Positions 1 through 18,850 of a stretch of DNA of 64,000 nucleotides are shown here, in pieces. The notes beneath the pieces were generated by a model. That model was not told the origin of the DNA, ran no database searches, and worked only from the letters and a program-made list of their open reading frames with translations. The DNA is from Hormiphora californensis (Eukaryota; Animalia; Ctenophora), in assembly GCA_020137815.1 (NCBI GenBank), contig CM035361.1, positions 496,001 through 560,000 on the forward strand. Reading direction: 5' to 3'. Each line of letters begins with the position of its first letter. The stretch's first letter is position 1. Made by a program: the position numbers and the translations under genes.

Positions 1-8
1 ATATACCT

Positions 9-117
9 ACCTCATCTCTCAGCAGGATGATGGACCGGTTTAACTCACTGTTGATCACTCGGGATACCACCTCCATTTTCAGGGGGGACAATCAACAATA
101 TTATACCATATACAACT
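9..117 (-). CDS. Possible first coding exon of a gene continuing beyond the left edge (MEVVSRVINSELNRSIILLRDE)
   Basis: TTTCAG acceptor at ~118, ATG at ~76, open frame to a GTAGGT donor at ~8. No recognisable homology. Confidence 0.35.
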
Positions 118-588
118 CTGAAACAGGGAATTGAAATTGTTCTATCTGGCGGCGCCAGACCCCAATTTGATTCTCAAACATGGGGTCGGCGGCGCCAGAC
201 AGAAATGTATCTGTTATAGTAGGACGTTGGGTAGTGGGGTTAAAATAGTGGAACTGGGAGCGCAACTACAGTAACACCCAAACTGAATTGTGCGATGCTT
301 TCTAAAAGGTTTCACAACTAGAATTGAGTAAAAACAAATGAAGAATAAGTGACGACATTCTACTAAGATGCTAGAATGCTGCAATACCAACACCAAGAGA
401 GGGGAGAGATAAAATGCAAGCGAATTTATAAAGCTTGTCGGGGGGACCAAGAAACTAGATACTGTAGGAAGTTGAATATAAATCTCAGGACCCGTTCTGG
501 CAGTGAGACTCTCACTGAGAGAAAGAGAGAATATGGGAAAGAGAAAGAGAGATCAGAAGCTGAGAGAAAGGGAGAGAGTATTAGTAAT

Positions 589-683
589 ACGGATTCCGTA
601 TAATAATTTAACAACAATGACCCCCATCAGTAATAGTATTACTGATGGGGGTCATTGTTGTTAAATTATTATACGGAATCCGT
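589..683. repeat. Perfect 95-bp DNA palindrome (1-nt spacer)
   Basis: acggattccgtataataatttaacaacaatgacccccatcagtaata-g-tattactgatgggggtcattgttgttaaattattatacggaatccgt. Confidence 0.9.
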
Positions 684-738
684 TAGAAATGAGGGGCACG
701 GAGAACAGATTGGTAACAGTGATACATATAAGTAATAG

Positions 739-957
739 TAGGGGGAAAACTGTGAATTTCAACCCCTTTGTAACAGTCACGTTACCAAATGTTACGTCAC
801 TCATACTTCGTTTGGCTGTCGTGGATTAATCACGTGCTGTTACACGGAAGTACAAGTCACGTGACTTTGTAACAGTCACGTGATCAAATGTAACAGTCAC
901 GTGACCACTGGTAACGTGACTGTTACAAAGGGGTTGAAATTCACAGTTTTCCCCCTA
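739..957. mobile_element. MITE with ~49-bp TIRs and TA ends (Tc1/mariner-type non-autonomous)
   Basis: tagggggaaaactgtgaatttcaacccctttgtaacagtcacgttacca ... exact reverse complement ending cccccta. Confidence 0.8.
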
Positions 958-1633
958 ATCAATAAACCTGGGTTTATACCTTTACATGTAGCGGGTTGCC
1001 AATTGGGGTTTAGGCAAGATGAATTCTATCGTTTCTATCACTGTATCGTGATTTTAAATACCGCTCTATTTCACAGAGCGGATTATGGGGCAGAGGGATG
1101 GGGGGGGGGGGTAGAGAGTTTCTGTCAGGCACCACAGAACCGACAGATGGATGGGTCATGGGGCGGGATGGGGGAGAGAGTTTCTGCCAGGCACCACAGA
1201 ACCGACAGTGCAACTCTATCGAGCATCCAGTGCAACTCTATCGAGTGATACTATCACTGATAGATTTGTAACGTTATCGGGGAAAATAAAAAAAACTTGA
1301 TTTCAAAATAGTAAACAGATATTTAACAACATTAAACAATTCTTCTTTTTTTCGCAGCCTATCCTTCTTCACATTTTATAATTCAAAATTCAATTCATAA
1401 TTTTCTGTGGTTCAAGTTTAGCATTTGATACTCTCTCCATATTGTCTTTTGGTCAACAACCCTTAAAACAAACAAACTGTCCCAGACCCAATTAACAGCC
1501 GATTAGTTCATAGTCTTCTCAGCCGCACAATTCTCTCTCAAAGAGCGGTGATCTCATCTCACTTCAAGGTCATCTCCACAGCGAATTTGTTACCATGGTT
1601 ACCATGTCTCAGATCGGTACATTCTGCATCTCC

Positions 1634-9536
<7,903 letters not shown>

Positions 9537-9831
9537 CTTAGTTTATCATTTTAGTTTCGTGTTTATACTTTTAAGTTACCATCCTATAGTGAGGTTAGGG
9601 TAAAAGGAAAATGTAAATTCTGTACTGTGAGTAAGAAATCATAGAAAATTATAAATTACAAGACGGCAAACAATACACAGAGCTAGCTCAAGCTTGATAT
9701 ACAGAGCTAGAGAGAAATACAGAGCTATGTATAACGAATGGGTAGAGGTTCGTATGGGTACGAACTGTGAGATAGAGAAGAAAAAGTCTGATCGATGAAC
9801 TCAGATGAGAGAAACGAAATAGGAGAGATAG

Positions 9832-9954
<123 letters not shown>

Positions 9955-10203
9955 GTTTTAATTGAGTGATGTCAAGGGATAGTTAGAACATACACTTCGT
10001 CCTAACAACACACATGTCTACCCGCCACTACTTCCCCCCTCTGCAGCAGTTACATTTGATTAAACGCACACCATAACTGATGACTCATAATTCCAAGTTG
10101 TTCAAGGTTAAATAATTATTGTACTTGTGATTTCCGGCTTCTTTCCCTCATTCCCCCAATCCCCTTCACGGGTACATAACACGTGTATCTTACCATCTCC
10201 TTC

Positions 10204-10290
<87 letters not shown>

Positions 10291-10813
10291 TCTCCCTCTT
10301 TGTCCGGGATCGTTAGACCGATTACATAGTGATTATCCGCTCGGTCATAATCCATCTAACTATCTTTCCCTCATATACTCATATATCTCTCAAATTCTTT
10401 GTCTCTTCCTCTTCTATCTACCTCCCACTTATCTATGTCTCCATCACATCTATCTCTCTCGCTCTCAAATCAGTACAGTCTTCATTATCATAGTGTTTCG
10501 AGCAATATACACCTGTCAGGGCCGAAGGTTTTTGGTAAAACACTACCACCTGACGTATCTTGCACACAATATCTTGCATCTGCTTTGCTCAGTTTTGTTA
10601 CCCACAGAACTTTTTTAAAGATTTCTCGATCGTATATAGTAATATGACTTTTGAAAAACATGTCTTTTGTGTTTTGATTGTCTATTCTTGGTCTGAGACA
10701 CGTGGGCACACATGAAATAACTTACAGTTGAATTATCTTGTACTACATAATTACACATACCTAACACATTTCTTTTATTGTTGCTCTCTTGTTGCGTATG
10801 ATATTCGTGTATC

Positions 10814-10935
<122 letters not shown>

Positions 10936-11295
10936 TCTCTCTCCCCCTCCCATCTCATGGTTTTATTTAGACCGGTAATCTTTTCCGGGCTAACAAGTGC
11001 CGACGCTCGTCTATATCTTCCGCTTTTATTCTTTCTCATCTTTTCTTAGATAATCTTTCTCTCTAAACCAGTATTTATCTGTTCCTTCCATTTCGTTTAG
11101 GTATTTTCATGCTGATTAATTTTAACCTAAATCTATAAAATTTGTATGTGCTAGAAAGTTTTCAGACACTATTCCATATCAATGTTTATTAATTTTTCTC
11201 TCCATTTCAAACTCCCACGATAATAACATAATGATTTAATGACTCCCTAGGAGAATCAAGATGAGCAGTGCACACTTTTCAAGTGTGCAGCAATC

Positions 11296-12355
11296 ATGAT
11301 GCTTCTCTTGGTCTTACTGAGCTTTATACGAACCTTCAAATCCGAGAATTTGGAGTTTTATTTCCCAACTTCCGAGTAAGGAAATTATATCTTGATTTGT
11401 GTCAGAGTGTTTTAAGTTTTAAGTTTTTGATTTGAGTCACTAAATTTTTTTGATTATTCAGAATGGTCTTTAGATGGCCAGGACTCTCCAAAGTTAGCAT
11501 TGGATCGTGTGTTTACTAACAAATTTGTGAACTTGTTACAAATTACGTTTCTTTCAGAGCGTGGCTAAAATCTACCACATTTGAACCGCCAATTATAAAC
11601 CCCACATTACCAATAGAGAAATCAGAGGTAAGAAATCATTTCATTTTTTTTAAGTTATCCAAATAAAATCTAGTTGTGTTTATTAGGAATTTGATATAAG
11701 GCAAAGTCCTCAAAACTCTTGTTTTACAGATGAATACAACTCACGATAATGACGGAGGATACATCTACACACTAGGTATCTACTATCTTTCTCTCCCTCT
11801 CTCTCTATCTCTGTCCTTCCCTTTCTCCCTTTCTCTCTATCGTTCTTCTGCATTCCTAAACATTGACCGGTATCTAATTCTATATCTCTCCCTAAGGTAA
11901 CAAAACGTATACTTCACTGACAGAGGACGTTGTAACGGCTTGTCAAGATAAATACCTGACACAAAAAGATGTGGCAGAGTCATTTGAATCGTTCGTGGGA
12001 CAGTGTTTAAATAAAATCGAGGAACAACTATATATTGGAGGTAAAATTAGGTCGTAGGACACGAGACCTTGTTTCATAACGTTATATATTAGTTGAATTG
12101 TCCATACATTCTTTTTATTCTAAAAATCACGGAGACAGTGTCAAGCGACTCAATATATTAGTTAGCTAACAACGTTATTTTCCAGGTATGGTAATGACAG
12201 TGGTGTATCCCCTCGTTCTCTCGATCATCCTCATGATATTGTGTTTCATTGTCAAGGAGTGTGTCTCTAAGAACCTACAGAAGAGAAGGAAGAAGAGAGC
12301 CCCGGCTTCCTTTACCCTCCGTACCATGCCACAGAGGCTCAACCTGGGGGTTTGA
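11296..12355 (+). CDS. Orphan single-pass type I membrane protein (~185 aa)
   Basis: Six exons with consistent phases (11296-11375, 11462-11506, 11558-11627, 11730-11775, 11897-12040, 12186-12355). They encode a signal peptide MMLLLVLLSFIRT, an ectodomain with 2 Cys, a TM segment VMTVVYPLVLSIILMILCFIV, and a basic tail KRRKKRAP..LNLGV*. Confidence 0.8.
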
Positions 12356-12900
12356 TGGGAGTGGAATCATAGTGCAGTGCGGATCAGAGACAATTGACAG
12401 AAGTGTAAAGTGAGCATCTTTGGATGATAAGAAGACCTCTTTAGAATCCAGCTAAAAAGGGAAGCTGGGTTGCTCTGTCTGTTAGATGGTAGAACATGAA
12501 CAAGGAACTATTTCGTCACAGTATTTGGGATGTTCAGATTGATAAAGAACTGTCATTACGCCCACGGATGGAATGCTAACTTATTAATGTTGCGTGGGAT
12601 AGATGAATGATAGAGAGTGACTTTTGAACTGTTTTTGTTTGCTACAACCTGCGCCAAATACTTCGGTATCATTGAAGATCTAGTTATACGCATTACGCAA
12701 TTTTTGGTGCCAATTGGCATTAGGCACTTCAATATTACATTTTGTCATAAAGAGTTATAGGCGTGTATGAGTAAAACTGATCAATTCAGAATTTGAAGTA
12801 ACGTCTACTTTATCAAGTGTTACTATAACTAACTGATTAGTGTGTTGTCCCCAGCTAATTTAGGGGAAATGCATGAGACATAAAGGAAGTGGACAACATG

Positions 12901-14580
12901 TAGGGTAGACCGGGGTAATTTGGACGGTTTTGGCATTCAATTGGTATTTCAAGAGCCATTAATTTACTTAATCAATTAGTTAGCTACTCAATTTGTGCAA
13001 CTGAACCTTTATCTTGAGCCTCAGAACAAATTTGAATCGAAAACATAACTTTTAGATAGCTAATTAACCTTGTTAATGAAGGTAAGTCGGAATATTTTTG
13101 ATCGCGAGACACGGGGCAATTTGGACTAGTGGCTTCTACACCAATCACAATGCGCGCATTCAGTCACGTGACCGCGACACACCACATTGCCCCAGCTGTA
13201 AATCTGCGATGTAAATCAGACCGAGGTTGGGGCTATTTGGACAAACTTAGATTGCAGCCACAGTTTTTGAGATATCGATTTCAAACTTTTCAGTCATCTA
13301 GTAATTTAGTATCCCGTGCTATTCCTTTTTTCAAAATTAGTTAATTAAGTAGTAATTAGCCTAATTAACCAAAAAATTAAGTGTTCATCAGATCTATATC
13401 TATAGGGTGCATTTTCGAAAGCTCAGGATTAGCATAGTCGATTAGAAAAAGATTTAATCTAATCCCAAATAGGGTTTTTGAGAAAATCGACATCAAAGAT
13501 AAAAAACCACAAATAAAGCTACGGTTTTCAAAGGAATGCTGTTTGTGTTTTCAGGTGCTTACAAGGCCAGAAATTACTATTATGGGGATCCAGTCTAATT
13601 AATCATGTTAGTGGCCGATTCCCACTCAATGCAATTCCCTGGGGTTACTATAGCAACGGAGTTTGTTACCATAGCAACCGGCGAATTTGCATTAATGTAC
13701 TATTTTCTTGCTCCAAATTCACCCATTACATCCGTATTATTAGACTATCGATTATTTAAACATGATTGTGAGTCACAATGAGACATCAGACTACCTTCAG
13801 TTACCAGCCAGTCAGTGGCTTTGGTTATCAAATGTATGCCTATTGCTCTAAGTTAGCCTGTAATTTATCCCTTTATTCAGTTATATCAGCTGCATATAAT
13901 GGATGATTATCATGATAAAACACTACTTTTGGTCATCAAAGCACCAGTCCTAGATATTCTGGAGCACCCTATGAAGTTGGTTTGTCGAATTCCACACCAT
14001 GGATTGACTTGTTACCTTGGCATCCAGAGAATTGGTTGTAAAATGCGCCTTTTTTCTATTTTTTTGGTCTATTTACTCAGTTTTAGCCATCTATATTGAT
14101 TGAATAGGATAATTATGAAAGCAGGTTGTCTATGGTTACCATAGAAACGAGTATAATGGCGCCATGAGGCCAATTTGTTTTAACCAATTTGCCCCATGGG
14201 GCAATTTGGTCTAGTCCAAATTGCCCCATGGGGCAATCTGGATTATGACCGAATTGCCCCCGATTTTTTCGTCCGAATTGCCCCAAATTGTCCGAATTGC
14301 CCCGCTTCATTAAAATGCCAATTAGCTCATTAAATCGAAAGCTAATGTCATTTTGATGATGAAACTGAATAGAAAAGTATCATATTGTGAAATTCTGACC
14401 CTTAATTTAAATAATTATCATAATTAAGTTTACCGAAATAAAGTTTAACTTTAAAGTCGTCATTTTTCGTTATTTCACACTAAACACCACAATTTAAAAG
14501 TCCCATATAAATCACTAGTCCACATTGCCCCGTCCTGTGACCACATTGCCCCACCGTCCAAATTACCCCGGTCTACCCTA
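12901..14580. mobile_element. ~1.7-kb non-autonomous DNA transposon, 28-bp TIRs, TA ends, repeated subterminal ggggcaat motifs
   Basis: tagggtagaccggggtaatttggacggt ... accgtccaaattaccccggtctacccta; no transposase ORF inside. Confidence 0.85.
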
Positions 14581-15035
14581 CCCAGTACCCTGCCAGACCA
14601 ACCCCAAATAACCGCACCAAATAGCCACGGAATGTCCATTTGCACCCCCCCTCCCCAAAAAAACCAGCAACACCAACCTCCACATCTACCAGTATACCAA
14701 GATGACCAGAACGAGACCCTTCTTTCACTAGATGGTAAACGTAGCCACTCGCCATACACACTCAACACACAGTCAAATCAAATTTAGTTGCACATTGTTC
14801 ATTGGGGTGTGCTGAACTTTCAATCTCGTTCCTATAAGAGATCATATCACATGATAACAAACTGGATCAGGAGGTAATAGGTATTATATCACTTCTCAGT
14901 TGGTTCTTATAGCTCTATCCATAGAGAGAAAGGACAAAAAGTTGGCAAACGCTGCTGGCCCCAGCAGCGCGGGATAAGGCATCGCTTTTCAAGACAAAAA
15001 ACTGAAGTGAAATATCTGCACTCAGCACTTGCACT

Positions 15036-15745
15036 GAAAAGCGCTGCCTTATCCCCGTTATCGGGGGCCAGCAGCATTTGCCAAGCACTTGGCCTACGCT
15101 ACAGTCCCCTAAAGTGTAAGCGAAACAACAACGAACTGGCTGCGTGTTGTGCAACGTTGCGCATGTGAATCTCACCGGTGAGATCGTTATGTGCAACGAA
15201 TGTGCGACGCACAGCCAGTTCGTTGTTGTTTCGCTTTCACTTTAGAAGCCGTGGATAAGGCCTTATCCCGCCAGCAGCGTTTGCCAACCAAGTGTACACG
15301 TTTTCCACGGCTTCTAGGGAACTGCAGCGTGGGCCAAGTGCTTGGCAAACGCTGCTGGCCCCCGATAAGGAACCATAATAAAGTTCAAGAGCCTCCAAGA
15401 GCGCACCAGGTCCAAGAGCACACCAGGACCAGGAGAACACCCCATCCAGAAGAGACCGCGCGCAAGGGATACCACGCGCAGAAGAGGCCGCACACACAAA
15501 TACAACGCCGCGCTGGTCTCTTCTGCGTGTGGTGTCCCCTGTGCGTGGCATCTTCTGGATGGGGACCTCTCTTTGATGTGGTGCGCTCTTGGAGTGGTCT
15601 CTTCTGGATGTGGTACGCTCTTGGTTGTGGTCTCTTTTGGGTGTGGTGCGCTCTCAGGTGTGGTCTCTCTTCGATGGGGTGCGCTCTTGGGTGCTCTTGG
15701 AGGCTCTTGAACTTTATTATGGTTCCTTATAAGGCAGCGCTTTTC
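15036..15745. mobile_element. Nested MITE cluster: outer gaaaagcgctgcctta inverted repeat, inner hairpin element 15108-15245 and inner MITE 15365-15730
   Basis: Inner TIRs ataaggaaccataataaagttcaagagcctccaagagc / gctcttggaggctcttgaactttattatggttccttat, and ctaaagtg..gcgaaacaacaacgaactggctg with its reverse complement. Confidence 0.7.
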
Positions 15746-15771
15746 AACGCACTTGGGGTCTGCAGCGCATG

Positions 15772-16680
15772 ACGGGTGCGATTATAATCTGGGTGCCTTG
15801 CAGCGTGTTTACAGGTGCGCACTGCCAAAAAAATACACCTAAAACCACTTAGACCGACTTTTTTCAAACGGCTATAGCCACGCAACCACATGGCCGATTT
15901 GAGTAAACTAAACGGTATCTGATAGAAAATCGATAGCCCTAACCAATAACCCCAAACAAAACCCTAACCCGACCCTAACAACAGCCCTAACCCGTCTCGA
16001 ACGCCAAATCGAAGAAATGTTAGCAATGGAAGGCAGTCCAGCGTTAAAATCTGGGTGTTTTGAGAGAGCTGACAAACGGTTTTGGGACGGTTTTTTAGGG
16101 TTAGGGCTAAAGTAGGGTTAGGGTTTGGGTTGGGGTTAGGCCTTGACATTCCCTACCAGATAAACTTTGAATTAGCCAAAACGGTTGAGTGGTTTGGCGG
16201 TTAGAGCCATTTTAGTGAATCAACTTTTTTGGCAACACGCACCTGTAAACAGGCCTCCAAACACCCAGATCGTAACGGCGCCCTGGAAGGCACCCAGATT
16301 TTAACATTTTACGCGCATGACAAGCCAAGCACTTTGCACTTGTGGGAAACAGCAATCCGACACCGGGGTCTCAGATAATAAACGCACACCACGATCGGTC
16401 ACGGAAAACGTTAAAATCTGGGTGCCTTCCATTGCTTACAATTCGTAGTTTTGGCGCGCGCGACGGGTTAGGGCTATCCGTTAGGGTCTGGTTAGGGTTT
16501 GGTTTGGGGTTATCGGTTAGGGCTATCGATTCTCTAACAGATACCGTTTAGTTTACTCAAATTGGCCATGTGGTTGCGTGGCTATAGCCGTTTGAAAAAA
16601 AGTCGGTCTAAGTGTACTCTTTTGGTAGCGCGCATCTGTAAACAGGCTGCAAGGCACCCAGATTATAATCGCGCCCATCG
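15772..16680. mobile_element. Foldback/MITE element with ~280-bp imperfect TIRs containing telomere-like CCCTAA/TTAGGG tracts
   Basis: gcgattataatctgggtgccttgcagc..cacttagaccgacttttttcaaacggctatagccacgcaaccacatggcc.. is mirrored at 16410-16678. Confidence 0.75.
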
Positions 16681-17144
16681 GTCACAGAGTGAACCTGCAA
16701 AGTGGTTAACACACCGAAGTAAAGTGCACTTGTTGATTTTTTTTCAAATAATTTTAATCAGGAGCCGCGCGATAAACGCGCAAAACAAATACGCGCAACA
16801 ACAATCTGCAGAACAAGGATATCATCACAGTCGTTCTACGGTGGCAGATTCCGGCCAAGTGTTTTTTAGTCAAGTGAAATATTTTTGCTTGAAGTTTTAT
16901 AAAAAATTTATTTCAAAATAAAAATAAACATGTCCTTAAAATTATTGGCCGGAATCTGCCATGCGAGTGGCAGATCAGTGGATGATCAGTCTGTGATTTG
17001 ATCGGTTTATGCAAAACCATGCGGTAAAAGAGACAAACAAACTCCTTTATTTAATTTAGGTCAAATAAATATAATTGTTCGAACTGTTTAACTAGAGAAG
17101 TTGTTTCGGAAAATTGCGTGGCACAAGTGTGCATCAACACCATC

Positions 17145-17528
17145 TCCTCTCCTCTCCTCTCTTCTCTTCTCTTCTCCTCTCCTCTCCTCTCCTCTCCTCT
17201 CCTCTCCTCTCCTCTCCTCTCCTCTCCTCTCCTCTCCTCTCCTCTCCTCTCCTCTCCTCTCCTCTCCTCTCCTCTCCTCTCCTCTCCTCTCCTCTCCTCT
17301 CCTCTCCTCTCCTCTCCCTCTCTTCTCCCTCTCTTCTCCCTCTCTTCTCCCTCTCTTCTCCCTCTCTTCTCCCTCTCTTCTCCCTCTCTTCTCCCTCTCT
17401 TCTCCCTCTCTTCTCCTTTCCCTTTCTCCTCCCTTCCCTCTCTTCTCCTTTCCCTTTCTCCTCTCTCCTCCCTTCCCTCTCTTATCCTTTCCCTTTCTCC
17501 TCTCTCCTCCCTCTCTTTCCTCTCTCTC
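17145..17528. repeat. (CCTCT)n and (CCTCTCTTCTC)n simple repeats
   Basis: Seen directly. Confidence 0.95.
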
Positions 17529-17732
17529 AATAGGAGTGAGAATAAGAGAGAGAGATGAAAGAGGGAGAGAGAGGACTCGACAGAGAGGAGAGAGAGGAAA
17601 GAGAGAGGAAAGAGAGAGGAGAGAGAAAGAGAGAAGATAGAGAGAGACAGAGAGAGACAGAGAGAGACAGAGAGAGACAGAGAGAGACAGAGAGAGACAG
17701 AGAGAGACAGAGAGAGACAGAGAGAGACAGAC

Positions 17733-17808
<76 letters not shown>

Positions 17809-17837
17809 GAGAGAGAGTCTCATTTAAATACTTTTAT

Positions 17838-18036
17838 TTAGCCCTAATTAGCACTTGGGTTTATTTCTCAGTCATACTTGAATATCTTGACAGTTTCAAG
17901 ATCGAGACTTTTTATTGAGAGGTTAGAATGATATGGCCAAGATCCTTCTAACCTCTCAATAAAAAGTCTCTATCTTGAAACTGTCAGGAAATTAAGGTAT
18001 AACTGAGAAATAAACCCAAGTGCTAATTAGCGCTAA
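17838..18036. mobile_element. ~200-bp palindromic MITE
   Basis: ctaattagcacttgggtttatttctcagt..ttttattgagaggttagaa / ttctaacctctcaataaaaag..actgagaaataaacccaagtgctaattag. Confidence 0.75.
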
Positions 18037-18363
18037 ATTTAGGAAGAACAATACAATGCTGTACAACAATCAGAAATACAATGTCCAACTGTATACCACC
18101 GTATAATTTTCAATGTCCATATCCATATCAATGATTGTCATCTTGCACCTTCCTTGTTTCAACTTTCCCTCGTGTATCCCAGCAACACCTCAAATGACCT
18201 GGGGTTGGGGGGGGGAGTTAGGTAAATGAAATCAAAATTTCTTCAACTAAACACCAGGCCTTGGTGCCAAGTCCTGGTGGTGTTTAGTTGAAGAGAAATA
18301 CATTGTTAACTAGGGGTTGTCATCAATGATAATAAGGTGGGAGAGATGCAGGACTTGGCGGCC

Positions 18364-18434
18364 CTGTCAGGCCAATGCTCTGACCACAGTTCTCGCGCGC
18401 TCCGCGAGAATGGGTCAGGCCAATGCTCTGACAG
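18364..18434. mobile_element. 71-bp mini-transposon with CTGTCAG/CTGACAG termini and 8-bp TSD (tggcggcc)
   Basis: Present only in tandem copy 1. Copies 2 and 3 show the empty site with one tggc(a/g)gcc. Confidence 0.85.
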
Positions 18435-18535
18435 TGGCGGCCTTTTAATTTCCCAAATTTTATTACTTCAACAATCGACTTGACTAGAGCCCACTATATT
18501 TGGTTTGCAAACTGCTGTGTATAACTGATATCAAA

Positions 18536-18850
18536 TGGGAACAATGAGGGGGACGTTAGGAGTCTGTAGAAGGTTGTGAAGCTTCTCATTGTCCCTTATG
18601 GTGAACCCCAAACAACAGTCCAACGGCGCTGGTGACACAGAACCGCCAACCAACCTACCGACTGGTCGATTGACGATCCCACCTCCACTATTGGGCGGAC
18701 CCGGGAGAATGGACCTACCACGTCGTGTCTTTACAAGTAGCCGGTTCGGTTGTCAATCGACCCGACTACTCGCCAGTTTGTGTTGCCGCCCCCGGCAATG
18801 CGCTGCTGTCAACGCACTACCAGAACACATCCAGCCGAACAAAGCTCTCT
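18536..18850 (-). ncRNA. Candidate structured non-coding RNA of unknown class (copies ~19837-20150 and ~21139-21455)
   Basis: GC-rich island in an AT-richer unit. Several stems have C-A mismatches on + that become G-U pairs on -; e.g. the 13-bp stem at 18792-18823 has 4 such pairs. There is a perfect ggtcgattgac/gtcaatcgacc helix. Confidence 0.35.

Noticed and set aside
15191-15772. 193-aa ORF
   Set aside because: It runs through nested MITE inverted repeats and has no transposase or other motif.
15936-16520. Chromosome-end telomere
   Set aside because: The repeats are short, degenerate, in both orientations, and internal to a TIR element.
18755-18848. Minus-strand peptide WMCSGSALTAAHC resembling the trypsin His motif
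   Set aside because: The spacing lacks the intervening strand, the frame stops shortly after, and no Asp or Ser motif exons were found; probably chance.
18536-18850. Assignment of the structured segment to SRP RNA, 7SK, RNase P/MRP or telomerase RNA
   Set aside because: It lacks the SRP helix-8 motif, the paired GAUC of 7SK, the P4 consensus, and a CUAACCCUAA template.
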